IMG/VR virus record: IMGVR_UViG_3300017766_002981
Span: 1 to 39,001 of that record
DNA: 39,001 nt
Direction: 5' to 3' (one strand)
Source: a virus
Lineage: Duplodnaviria > Caudoviricetes
Part shown: piece by piece, positions 1 to 7,524 of the stretch
How the letters are laid out: each line of letters begins with the position of its first letter
Numbering within the stretch: the stretch's first letter is position 1
Translations under genes and position numbers: made by a program
The notes under the pieces: model-generated
What the model saw: only the letters and a program-made list of their open reading frames with translations
The model's database searches: none
What the model was told of the DNA's origin: nothing

Positions 1-1
1 C

Positions 2-139
2 CACGGGCACGATTTCCCGCGCGAATATAGCGAGCTAGAGAAGCGCCTGATCCGCACCATCGCTCGCACCAGCGTCACGGTCGCGCTGCTTTTGCAGGAG
101 CGCGGCGATCCTGTGGGAGGATCAGTTGACCCCAAGTGA
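2..139 (+). CDS. 3' end of an upstream phage gene (partial)
   Basis: Open frame from the window edge (HGHDFPREYSELEKRL...) to TGA 137-139. Confidence 0.5.
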   Translation, partial: HGHDFPREYSELEKRLIRTIARTSVTVALLLQERGDPVGGSVDPK

Positions 140-503
140 CGACGATCCGGTAACGTTGAAAGAAGCCGTCGATATCGTGTATCGGGGGAAGATCGCGGTT
201 TCGACCTTGCGCCTGCTTGCCGACCGCGGGAACGTTCACATCTTCAAAGTCGGCCGCCGCTGGTTCACCACCTTGCGCAGCGTCCGGGAAATGAAAGACC
301 GATGCCCAGGAAATCAAAAGGCGCTCGCCTCTACCTCGACCGCGAGCGCGGTCAATGGGCTATCCGAGATGGACAGAGTTTCGTCCGCACTGGTTGCGTT
401 GAGTCAGACAACGAGGGCGCTGAAAAGGCCCTCGCAGAATACATCGCCAGCAAATACAAGCCAGCCGCCATCGCCTCGCCGGCCATCGCGGATGTCCTGC
501 TAA
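126..503 (+). CDS. xis: Excisionase-like HTH protein overlapping int
   Basis: TTG start with GGAGG 5 nt upstream; N-terminal VTLKEAV..STLRLLADRG..FKVGRRWFTT is a typical Xis/MerR-like winged HTH; directly upstream of int. Confidence 0.7.
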   Translation: MTPSDDDPVTLKEAVDIVYRGKIAVSTLRLLADRGNVHIFKVGRRWFTTLRSVREMKDRCPGNQKALASTSTASAVNGLSEMDRVSSALVALSQTTRALKRPSQNTSPANTSQPPSPRRPSRMSC

Positions 504-1294
504 TCTACGCCAAGGAACGACTGCCGAAGACCAAGGCCGCGGACAAAGCCGCGCACAACATTTCGAATCTGACGCCCTTCTGGGGCAAGCTGAGAGCGGA
601 TGACGTGAACGCTGAGAACTGCGAAGCATACGCCAAGGACCGGCCGGCATCCGCCGCGCGCCGGGATCTGGAAGTGCTGCGCGCCGCCCTCTTCTACTGG
701 CACAAGAACAAGAAGCAGTTGGCCATGGCGCCGCAAGTCGTGCTGCCGGACAAGGCTGACCCGCGCGAGCGCTGGCTGACCCAGGAAGAGGCTCGCCGGC
801 TGCGCAAGGCCGCCATGAAGCACCAGCACCTTTACCGATTCGTCCTGCTCGGGCTGAAGACCGGCTCCCGGTCGGAAGTGCTGTTCAACCTGACATGGGA
901 CCAGATCGACCTACGCAGCGGCGTGATGACCCGGAAGTCGGCCGGCGAGACTGTGGCCGCCAACAAGCGGAAACCGCCGGTCAGGCTGGGGCGGTCGCTG
1001 GTCCGCCTCATGAAGAAATGGAAGAAGAAGGACGGCAAGATCAAGCACGTCGTCCACTACGAGGGCCTGCCCATCAAGAAACTGCGCCGGTCGTGGGATG
1101 CCGCGATCGTCGATGCGGGGCTGGACGAGGAAGTCACGCCGCACACCCTGCGCCACACGCGGGCGACCTGGCTGATGCAAAAAGGGATCGACCCATGGGA
1201 AGCGTCCGGGCACCTCGGGATGTCGCTAAGAACGCTGGAAAATGTGTACGGAAAGCACCATCCGGACTTCCAATCTAACGCGTCTGAGGTATGA
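302..1294 (+). CDS. int: Tyrosine integrase
   Basis: Catalytic motifs TGSR, HTLRHT, HLG and VYGKH; adjacent to a tRNA-derived att core. Confidence 0.95.
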   Translation: MPRKSKGARLYLDRERGQWAIRDGQSFVRTGCVESDNEGAEKALAEYIASKYKPAAIASPAIADVLLIYAKERLPKTKAADKAAHNISNLTPFWGKLRADDVNAENCEAYAKDRPASAARRDLEVLRAALFYWHKNKKQLAMAPQVVLPDKADPRERWLTQEEARRLRKAAMKHQHLYRFVLLGLKTGSRSEVLFNLTWDQIDLRSGVMTRKSAGETVAANKRKPPVRLGRSLVRLMKKWKKKDGKIKHVVHYEGLPIKKLRRSWDAAIVDAGLDEEVTPHTLRHTRATWLMQKGIDPWEASGHLGMSLRTLENVYGKHHPDFQSNASEV

Positions 1295-1295
1295 T

Positions 1296-1307
1296 AACTG
1301 TGCCGAA
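1296..1307 (+). repeat. Putative arm-type integrase site; further copies at 1483-1492 and 1492-1502
   Basis: AACTGTGCCGAA, CTGTGCCGAA and AACTGTGCCAA as direct repeats either side of the core. Confidence 0.65.
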
Positions 1308-1334
1308 GCTGATCCGGCCAAACAAGGGAACCGC

Positions 1335-1430
1335 GCTAAGTAGCTGATATTATGGTAGGCGGCGACGGATTCGAACCGCCGACCCTCTCGGTGTAAACGA
1401 CTGAGCCTCTATAGATATCAGATACTTAGC
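1335..1430. promoter_or_regulatory. Pair of inverted IHF-like sites flanking the att core (1335-1350, 1415-1430)
   Basis: GCTAAGTAGCTGATAT / ATATCAGATACTTAGC, 15/16 inverted match; each contains WATCARNNNNTTR. Confidence 0.7.
1353..1400 (-). other. att core: 3' half of tRNA-Val(TAC) from anticodon loop to CCA (not a complete tRNA)
   Basis: Minus strand TCG-TTTACAC-CGAGAGGGTCGGCGGTTCGAATCCGTCGCCGCCTACCA has anticodon TAC, T-loop GTTCGAATC and CCA; no D arm or 5' acceptor strand. Confidence 0.9.
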
Positions 1431-1453
1431 CCAACTGAAAAGGGCTAAAAACC

Positions 1454-1702
1454 ATGAACGACTCGGGAACATCAGGCTCAATCTGTGCCGAAACTGTGCC
1501 AAGCCGCGACTTCGAAGATACCCGCCGGGATCTGATCGCGCTCCGCGTCAAGCACGGCGCCAACACGCCCATTGGGCACCGCTGCTCCAATATCATCGAA
1601 CTCATCCAGCAGCCGGAACTCCCCACGCATTTGATCCAGCGGCAGATGGCCGAGCTGACGGAGTTGCGCACCAGCAAAGTCCCGAATGGAGATCCGGCAT
1701 GA
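1454..1702 (+). CDS. Hypothetical protein
   Basis: 82-aa ORF with ATGA coupling to the next gene; its 5' end overlaps the arm repeats. Confidence 0.5.
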   Translation: MNDSGTSGSICAETVPSRDFEDTRRDLIALRVKHGANTPIGHRCSNIIELIQQPELPTHLIQRQMAELTELRTSKVPNGDPA

Positions 1703-1926
1703 CTATCAAACCGGCGAAGTATTGGCTGAAGGCAGACGCGATTCCAGGCTCGCAATGGGCGGAAGTATCGAAAGAGGATTGGGTGCGCGCTGAGCGCCGT
1801 GCCGGCTTCCGGCCGAAACTCTGGAGCGGTGATCCAGCCTACATGACGACGTGTGCCACTGGCGGGTTCGGCGACGGACAAATCACCGGCTCGATTACAA
1901 CTGACGGCGAGCCGCCCCGTTGCTGA
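1699..1926 (+). CDS. Hypothetical phage protein
   Basis: 75 aa, GGAG RBS, ATGA overlap. Confidence 0.65.
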   Translation: MTIKPAKYWLKADAIPGSQWAEVSKEDWVRAERRAGFRPKLWSGDPAYMTTCATGGFGDGQITGSITTDGEPPRC

Positions 1927-1951
1927 CCGAACATCGAGGGAGTGAGGCAAA

Positions 1952-2092
1952 ATGAAGCTATCCAAAGAACAACGAGATTATCTTTTGCTGCACCCAGAAA
2001 GGGCAGCCGAGGTCCAAAAGAAAATTGAGAAGCATGGCAAGGACTACGATCCGTTTACCGATTGGTGGCCCAACAAATACCCCGACATGTAG
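1952..2092 (+). CDS. Small hypothetical protein (46 aa, MKLSKEQRDYLLLHPE...)
   Basis: Read manually; GGGAGTGAGG upstream of ATG. Confidence 0.55.
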   Translation: MKLSKEQRDYLLLHPERAAEVQKKIEKHGKDYDPFTDWWPNKYPDM

Positions 2093-2110
2093 GCTGTAAC
2101 ATTTCGTGAT

Positions 2111-2148
2111 TACGCGGGACTTGCGTATACGCGGGATTAGCGTATGTT
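2111..2148 (+). promoter_or_regulatory. Promoter with two abutting 17-bp palindromic operators
   Basis: TACGCgggacttGCGTA (2111-2127) and TACGCgggattaGCGTA (2128-2144) overlap TTGCGT-N16-TATGTT. Confidence 0.65.
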
Positions 2149-2263
2149 GAATGCACGGAAACGGTTCGCCGCTTCCTCCCACCCAAGCGGGGCACGCTGG
2201 GACCGACCGGGGCCTCGGCCTCGGCGGTGAAAGCAAAGAACCCAACCAGCCCAGGAGGCTAAA

Positions 2264-2437
2264 ATGTTCGCTTTCTCCGCCGAAGCCAATCTCGCCGAAG
2301 TCGTTACCCTCGCCGATGGCCGTTTGGCCGAGCGCGTCTACAATGCCCGCAAGGGAAAGTGGGGCTGGATGGTTTATGCCGCCAGCGGCGCCCGCGAAGC
2401 CTTCTACACTGACAAGCAGTGGAGGGCGGCGCGATGA
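2264..2437 (+). CDS. Small hypothetical protein (57 aa, MFAFSAEANLAEVV...)
   Basis: AGGAGG RBS; ATGA coupling to the next gene. Confidence 0.7.
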   Translation: MFAFSAEANLAEVVTLADGRLAERVYNARKGKWGWMVYAASGAREAFYTDKQWRAAR

Positions 2438-2622
2438 GCGACGCCATCAGGATTCCGCCCTACCCCGCAGCAACCGTCCAATTGCTTACCGACCGAGGCC
2501 ACAAGGTTTCTGTGCGCCAACAGGCATCGGGGAGTTTACGCTACCGCATCGACGGAGGCCGCGAACTTCAGGCGATTGAGATGGATCGGTTCTGTGCTCG
2601 GACTTATGAGCAGCGCACATGA
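2434..2622 (+). CDS. Hypothetical protein (62 aa)
   Basis: GGAGG RBS; ATGA overlaps at both ends. Confidence 0.65.
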   Translation: MSDAIRIPPYPAATVQLLTDRGHKVSVRQQASGSLRYRIDGGRELQAIEMDRFCARTYEQRT

Positions 2623-2810
2623 CCCCCACCCAATACAAAGCCGCTCTAAAGGCGCTGGAGCTATCCCAGGAACGGGCTGGGGATTGGCTTGGGATCGGGC
2701 GTCGAACTTCTCAGGGCTACGCGCTGGGCGAATACCCCGTACCTGAGCCGGTGGCTAAGCTGCTGCGCCTTTGCGTCAAGTTGAAGCTAAAACCGGAGGA
2801 CGTGAAGTGA
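2619..2810 (+). CDS. Small XRE-type HTH regulator
   Basis: MTPTQYKAALKALELSQERAGDWLGIGRRT...GEYPVP is a typical short phage HTH. Confidence 0.8.
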   Translation: MTPTQYKAALKALELSQERAGDWLGIGRRTSQGYALGEYPVPEPVAKLLRLCVKLKLKPEDVK

Positions 2811-3016
2811 GGATAGTCCACAAGAAGCGCGGCACGGTTTATGATGTCGTTGGCGCCGCAACTATCCAATGCGATCGCCCCATTGTCGATTACGACACCG
2901 TGATGATTTACAAAGACCCCTTTAGCGGGAAGCTATGGGTTAGGCCTGTTCACGAAATGGACGACGGGCGATTTGCCGAGGTGGCGGACAATCACGCCGC
3001 ACCCTCACCATCTTGA
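2807..3016 (+). CDS. DUF1653-like small phage protein
   Basis: GTGA-coupled start; HKKRGTVYDV...IY...LWVRP..EM.DGRF pattern. Confidence 0.6.
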   Translation: MRIVHKKRGTVYDVVGAATIQCDRPIVDYDTVMIYKDPFSGKLWVRPVHEMDDGRFAEVADNHAAPSPS

Positions 3017-3034
3017 GCAGACACGGAGGATAAC

Positions 3035-3226
3035 GTGGACATAAATGATATCAGAACCCAAGATCGGCTGCGGCGCGAACTCTCGATCGTGCTGGGCAAG
3101 GCCGTGATCGATGCGGTAGAGGCCGGCCTACAACCAGACGGCGCCCTCAAAGCGGTGGCCGAAATCTATTCGCAAGAGGTCAGCCTGGAGAAGTCGCGCC
3201 AAACCGCCGCGCTCTCGTACGTCTGA
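3035..3226 (+). CDS. Hypothetical protein
   Basis: GGAGGA RBS before GTG; 63 aa. Confidence 0.6.
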   Translation: MDINDIRTQDRLRRELSIVLGKAVIDAVEAGLQPDGALKAVAEIYSQEVSLEKSRQTAALSYV

Positions 3227-3331
3227 GCGGGCACGCGGGGGCTTCTGATGTCCGAAAGGCTCAGGCGCAGGTCAGGTTTAGGAAGAGCACTTCTGCCTAT
3301 TCAGCCCTCTAAATTACCACGGGACACAACC

Positions 3332-3475
3332 ATGAAACTAGCTCTCGGAATGGCCTTCACCTTTCTACTGGCGCTGGCTGCCATGAAGGGGCCGCTTAAG
3401 CCTTATGTTCCAAACTGTCCCGTGACGTTCGGTTTCTGCATCGAACGCGCCAATGCCGCAGCTACTCACTCGTAA
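3332..3475 (+). CDS. Small protein with signal or TM segment (47 aa)
   Basis: MKLALGMAFTFLLALAAMK hydrophobic N-terminus and a Cys pair. Confidence 0.4.
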   Translation: MKLALGMAFTFLLALAAMKGPLKPYVPNCPVTFGFCIERANAAATHS

Positions 3476-3485
3476 ACAGGGAGAG

Positions 3486-3710
3486 ATGGATATGCCATTC
3501 GGTAAACTGAACGACTTCCCCGGATTCGAGGAAATGCTGATCGCTGCGCAGCAGCGATATGACGCCTTGCCGCCAGATCAGCAGCGGGCGATGCGGGACG
3601 CTCAGCGTAAATCCTGGGTGATCGGCAACTTCATGCTGGATCACCCGACCGCGACCCGCGATGAAGTCGAAGAAATATACCAAAAGGTCGTTGAGGGCGT
3701 TGGGCTCTAA
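3486..3710 (+). CDS. Hypothetical protein
   Basis: GGGAGAG upstream; plausible helical 74-aa product. Confidence 0.55.
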   Translation: MDMPFGKLNDFPGFEEMLIAAQQRYDALPPDQQRAMRDAQRKSWVIGNFMLDHPTATRDEVEEIYQKVVEGVGL

Positions 3711-3749
3711 CGGTGCTAAGCGATTACTGCCACACCCCAGGAGAGACGA

Positions 3750-3974
3750 ATGGTTGCCTTCAGCAAGATCAAGGCCGGCGAAACGCTTTACGATTGCCAC
3801 AGGACACGCATGGGCAATACGACGATGAGCAAAATGGGAACGTGGACCGTAAAGGTGCTGGAGCTTTTCCCCGAAAAGCAGTCCGCACTTGTTTCCTGGA
3901 ACGGAAACCGCCCGGAGGTTTGGGGCCTGACCAGAATGCAAAGGCTCAGGCGTAGTCCAGCCAAGGCCGCTTGA
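3750..3974 (+). CDS. Hypothetical phage protein
   Basis: AGGAG RBS; 74 aa. Confidence 0.65.
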   Translation: MVAFSKIKAGETLYDCHRTRMGNTTMSKMGTWTVKVLELFPEKQSALVSWNGNRPEVWGLTRMQRLRRSPAKAA

Positions 3975-3987
3975 TCGGTGCTGGCCA

Positions 3988-4182
3988 ATGAGCACTGAAC
4001 CCACCCTAGTCCGCGTCGTCGCCCCGCATTTCGTTGCTGGGTTCGTCACAGATGGAGTCCGCGTGATCGAGGCGGCCCCGATCCTTAAATATCTGGTCGG
4101 GAAAACAGAAGCTTGGGCGCGGCACTACCTCAAGCAAAAGGGATGGAGGGCAAGCATTGTCGCACCTCCCCGATCTCCCTGA
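3988..4182 (+). CDS. Hypothetical phage protein
   Basis: 64 aa, LVRVVAPHFVAG...AAPILKY, same orientation as neighbours. Confidence 0.6.
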   Translation: MSTEPTLVRVVAPHFVAGFVTDGVRVIEAAPILKYLVGKTEAWARHYLKQKGWRASIVAPPRSP

Positions 4183-4293
4183 GGAAGCTCTGTGCTCACC
4201 AACCCACGCACCGCCCAACGCAAGTTCCTCGCCTCTATCGTTCTGGCCATCCTCGCGGTTTGCATCATCTGGGCGCTGTCGTAAAATGCCCGG

Positions 4294-4623
4294 ATGGACC
4301 TCGCCCTACGCAAAGTCGGCCACCCACAGGCCCCGAACAATTACCGCGTCATTCTGAAGATCGATGAGACGGAATACGAAGTCGGCTCGATCGGGATGCA
4401 GGTGTTTACGTCAACCGACGTCGCATGGACTTGGGGAATCGATACCGTGGTCCCGATGCGGACGCTGCAGACCGAGGGCCGCGGTAGAGACCTGAAGGAC
4501 TGCATGAGAATGTTCAAGGCGGCATGGGAGAGGTTTGCAAGTGACCCGGCGGGCCTGACTGAGTTTCTGGAGGCCAAGCGGCGCACAAAAAGAAGCCCGG
4601 CCACCTTTCGGCAGCCGGGCTAA
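4294..4623 (+). CDS. Hypothetical protein
   Basis: 109-aa ORF ending in the convergent terminator hairpin. Confidence 0.65.
   Translation: MDLALRKVGHPQAPNNYRVILKIDETEYEVGSIGMQVFTSTDVAWTWGIDTVVPMRTLQTEGRGRDLKDCMRMFKAAWERFASDPAGLTEFLEAKRRTKRSPATFRQPG
4587..4621 (-). terminator. Rho-independent terminator
   Basis: AGCCCGGCTGCC-GAAA-GGTGGCCGGGCT followed by TCTTTTT. Confidence 0.85.
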
Positions 4624-4680
4624 GTCTAGGGAGGCGTTGCCATAGGCAACAACTGCCGGCCAGAAGGAAAACCGGCAGTG
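4587..4680 (-). ncRNA. MmgR/suhB (alpha-r8)-like small RNA
   Basis: Two hairpins, single-stranded CCTCCCTAGACTT, then a GC-rich hairpin with GAAA loop and TCTTTTT; the core matches my recollection of the MmgR family. Confidence 0.65.
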
Positions 4681-4707
4681 ACGGACGGCGCTACCGGCGC
4701 CGAATTT

Positions 4708-4800
4708 CTAACCGAGCCATGAGGCCGCTTCCCACACCTTCAACCCGGTGAAAGCAACGAGAGCGACCGCCAGCAGGATGACAAAGCCGCGGACGATCAT
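4708..4800 (-). CDS. 30-aa single-TM peptide
   Basis: MIVRGFVILLAVALVAFTGLKVWEAASWLG; ATGA-coupled. Confidence 0.55.
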   Translation of the reverse strand: MIVRGFVILLAVALVAFTGLKVWEAASWLG

Positions 4801-4970
4801 TTCGCGCCCAGCAGGATCACCACGGCGGCCGTCACTAGAAGCCACCGGATGTTCATCGTGTAGAACGCCGCGATCATCGACCCGCCGCCGACCAGGATCA
4901 GCAGCACGAACGCCCACGGGTACCAGAGCGGGTAGCCGTAGCGTTCATGGAAGCTTTGGCGGTGCATCAT
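4797..4970 (-). CDS. 57-aa two-TM protein
   Basis: AAGGA RBS, ATGA-coupled, two hydrophobic segments. Confidence 0.6.
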   Translation of the reverse strand: MMHRQSFHERYGYPLWYPWAFVLLILVGGGSMIAAFYTMNIRWLLVTAAVVILLGAK

Positions 4971-5071
4971 CGCCGGTCCTTTCGCCATCGCCACCACTCG
5001 GACAGACCGAGCGCCAGGCTCAGTATGCCGATCACGATCAGGAAGGCCGCCAGCCATTGGAGCCAGAACAT
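4967..5071 (-). CDS. 34-aa single-TM peptide (not in ORF track)
   Basis: MFWLQWLAAFLIVIGILSLALGLSEWWRWRKDRR; TGATG and ATGA overlaps with neighbours. Confidence 0.6.
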   Translation of the reverse strand: MFWLQWLAAFLIVIGILSLALGLSEWWRWRKDRR

Positions 5072-5388
5072 CAACGCGACTTCGTCGGCGACGGCTCTCG
5101 GCGCAGGATGGATTTGATTTCCGAAATACCGTCTTGAACGGATTCCAGCTTGGTCTCGACGCGGGCTAGCCGCTCGGCTTGCGGCGCCACTGCGTCAGCC
5201 TTTCGTTCAAGCGCGTTCAACCGTTCGGATGCAGTCGCGCCCCACCAGACGATCCCGCCGGTTTGCATCAGGATCGCCAAGATCATGGCGATCGGGACTT
5301 TCTTGTCCAGATGCCAAGATGCGTCCGCCTCGACCTGAGCTTGCTTCACCATGTCGAGTAAACTTTCTGAGCGTCGTTCTGTGCCCAT
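5071..5388 (-). CDS. Lysis-region membrane protein (TM plus coiled coil)
   Basis: One TM (VPIAMILAILMQTGGIVWWG) followed by a heptad region; start may be 5352. Confidence 0.7.
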   Translation of the reverse strand: MGTERRSESLLDMVKQAQVEADASWHLDKKVPIAMILAILMQTGGIVWWGATASERLNALERKADAVAPQAERLARVETKLESVQDGISEIKSILRREPSPTKSR

Positions 5389-5505
5389 GGGGAGAGGTTT
5401 TCTTTACGGTTAGTGTTCATTCTCACTTCCGGCCGGTAATGGGGTTCGCGCCCCGTTGCAGGTCAGAGTCGTCGCATCGTGTCAGCGATGCGGCGGCTCA
5501 CTTTG

Positions 5506-5898
5506 TTACTTTCGGATAATCCTTGCCACGTTCTCGAATCCGCGCTTGGCGAAGTAGAACGACATGACCAGCCCGGCCCAGGTCGCGACCTCGCCCGTCA
5601 CCGGATCAGTGTAGCCGCCGGTAATGCTGCCGAGCACCTTGTCCCAGATAAGCACCTTCGCGTAGAAGACGAGCGTCACGTAGAACGCCAGCTTTTCCGG
5701 CTCCCATGGGTGCCCGATCTGCGCCAACCGCAGCGCATAGATCGACTGGATTTCGGTCTGTTGCGCAGCGATCTCACGGCCCGCGAGGTCCGCGGCGATC
5801 CGCTCCGAGGTGTTGCCGGCGGCGAGTTTCGCTTGATACGCCTTGATGAGGCCGCTAACGACGGGGCCGCCGATAAACGACATGATCGTGAGCCACAT
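5506..5898 (-). CDS. Putative holin-like membrane protein
   Basis: Three hydrophobic segments and basic C-terminus (FYFAKRGFENVARIIRK), downstream of lysin. Confidence 0.6.
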   Translation of the reverse strand: MWLTIMSFIGGPVVSGLIKAYQAKLAAGNTSERIAADLAGREIAAQQTEIQSIYALRLAQIGHPWEPEKLAFYVTLVFYAKVLIWDKVLGSITGGYTDPVTGEVATWAGLVMSFYFAKRGFENVARIIRK

Positions 5899-5900
5899 GG

Positions 5901-6374
5901 TCAGGCCGCCTTTACTTCAGCCACGGCCTCGACCTTCGCGACTTCCGCGTCAGCAACGGCCTGCGCGATAACCGGATTTTCTGCGATCACCTTGTCCGGC
6001 ACCGCGACCAGTTCGAGCGGCTTCGTCACCTTCGCCCGCAATTTCTCGACCATCCAGCCGACGGCCGAGATCAGCAGCGGCAGGCAGTTGACACCGAACG
6101 TGACGAACGCCTGATATTTTTCCGGCACAAACGGCGTGATTGCAGCCAGGTTGATGTCGCCGATCTGGGTCAGGAACGTCAGCAGCGCGCCAAGTGCCGA
6201 CAAGGTGCGGGCCGCGAGGATCGTCTCCGATTTCTTGAACAGCGCGATTTCGACCGGCTCGACCCATGCGAAGAATCCAACCGCCCACGGCTTCGACTTC
6301 AGCCACGACCGACCCCACAGGGCATAGACCAGCAGTAGGCTGGTGACGACGGCCAGACCGAGCAGGATTTTCAT
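5901..6374 (-). CDS. Multi-TM lysis-cassette protein (holin or antiholin candidate)
   Basis: Start MKILLGLAVV is ATGA-coupled to the lysin; about 3 TM segments. Confidence 0.65.
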   Translation of the reverse strand: MKILLGLAVVTSLLLVYALWGRSWLKSKPWAVGFFAWVEPVEIALFKKSETILAARTLSALGALLTFLTQIGDINLAAITPFVPEKYQAFVTFGVNCLPLLISAVGWMVEKLRAKVTKPLELVAVPDKVIAENPVIAQAVADAEVAKVEAVAEVKAA

Positions 6375-6991
6375 GACCGGACCTTTCTGATGAGCAGCAC
6401 GATCGCGGTGAGGATGCCGCCGGCGATGAAGGCGGTCAGGCCGATCTCGAGCCAGGACCAGCCGGCGGATGCTGCCGCTACCGCACCGCCGCTGGCTCCC
6501 GCTGTAGCCACGACTACCTTCTTGGCGGTCGAAACCGGTGCCGCCGGCACAGTCCCGGCGAACACGCGCTTCTGCGCCTCGATCCAGTCGGCTTCCGGCG
6601 CCGGGTACGGCTTGCCCGCCTCGTGCCAGGCTTGCGCCTTCAGGAATTTGATGCCCATCGAACTGCGCCAGAACGCGTCGTCCATGACGGTGTCGCGGGT
6701 CATGCTCGGGACGCGGTCGCAGACGAACTTGATGTAGCTTTCCACGTGATTGCCGCCGGACCAAACCGCGATGGCGTCCGCGAACCGCTTGTTGCGATAG
6801 CGCGGTGAGGTCCGCCATAGATCAAGCTGCGCACAGATCCCATGCACATAAGTTGGGAACACCGCGATGTTGTTGCCCTGCCCCGTACCGTCGTTCAACG
6901 AAATGGCTTTCTTGGCAGCGCCCCACTTGATCGCGAGGACGCTGCCCCACATTGCGCCGGGGTTTTTGTATCGAATTGACGCTGGCTCCAT
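6371..6991 (-). CDS. Putative endolysin with C-terminal membrane anchor
   Basis: AAGGA RBS; SIRYKNPGAM resembles the NNPGNI lysozyme-like family, late HEAG motif, Pro/Ala linker and hydrophobic C-terminus; first gene of lysis cassette. Confidence 0.65.
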   Translation of the reverse strand: MEPASIRYKNPGAMWGSVLAIKWGAAKKAISLNDGTGQGNNIAVFPTYVHGICAQLDLWRTSPRYRNKRFADAIAVWSGGNHVESYIKFVCDRVPSMTRDTVMDDAFWRSSMGIKFLKAQAWHEAGKPYPAPEADWIEAQKRVFAGTVPAAPVSTAKKVVVATAGASGGAVAAASAGWSWLEIGLTAFIAGGILTAIVLLIRKVRS

Positions 6992-7252
6992 AGGAAATTC
7001 CTTCGCCGAGAGGGCGTTTCGGGTTGTTCGATTTGCGGTTGTGTGGTATTGCGCCACCGCGTTAGCGGCGTGAAATCCGTTAACGCGATTCAAAGGCGGC
7101 AGAGGTTAAACCGGCTATGTCGGGTGGCTCCACGAATAACCGTTAGTAGCAACGCCCGGTCGCTCCGGGTGTGGCGGGAATAATGGGGGTCAGCAACCTC
7201 TGCTGCTGAATTTCAACCACCCGGCACCAGCCGGACAGCAGAGACGTACCCC

Positions 7253-7363
7253 ATGGGATGGAAGCCGCTCGCCGCGCTCGTCGCGGGTGCTTTGGTGCTG
7301 ACCGTTGCCCTGACCGTCATCCTGGCAAACTTTTCCCAGCCGCCTATCATTATGACCCCCTAG
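7253..7363 (+). CDS. 36-aa single-TM peptide (not in ORF track)
   Basis: MGWKPLAALVAGALVLTVALTVILANFSQPPIIMTP. Confidence 0.45.
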   Translation: MGWKPLAALVAGALVLTVALTVILANFSQPPIIMTP

Positions 7364-7403
7364 AGGACTGTTCGCGGGTGGGTTGTGGTGGTAGCAATGC
7401 GAG

Positions 7404-7511
7404 ATGTGGGGGAAGCGGCTCAAAGTAGCTGCGGTTTGGATCTTCAACATCGCGGTAACAATTGCCGGGGTGGCCATCGCCTTTTTCTTTTGGGCGACGA
7501 CGTGGATGTAA
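7404..7511 (+). CDS. 35-aa single-TM peptide (not in ORF track)
   Basis: MWGKRLKVAAVWIFNIAVTIAGVAIAFFFWATTWM; ends 13 nt before the GT-C start. Confidence 0.5.
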   Translation: MWGKRLKVAAVWIFNIAVTIAGVAIAFFFWATTWM

Positions 7512-7524
7512 CCTGGGGGCTCGC

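Larger units (their letters stand above)
1296..1502. other. attP region (core, IHF sites, arm-type repeats)
   Basis: tRNA 3' half at 1353-1400 flanked by a 15/16 inverted repeat and CTGTGCC(G)AA repeats on both sides. Confidence 0.85.

Noticed and set aside
1353-1425. Complete tRNA-Val gene
   Set aside because: Similarity stops within the anticodon stem; no D arm or 5' acceptor strand
5430-5500. Hairpin GTCGTCGCATCG-N6-CGATGCGGCGGC as a distinct ncRNA
   Set aside because: A single stem between lysis genes, adequately explained as a terminator or processing stem
7000-7250. C4-type antisense RNA or riboswitch upstream of the moron
   Set aside because: Only short stems; no family motif I could support; probably promoter DNA
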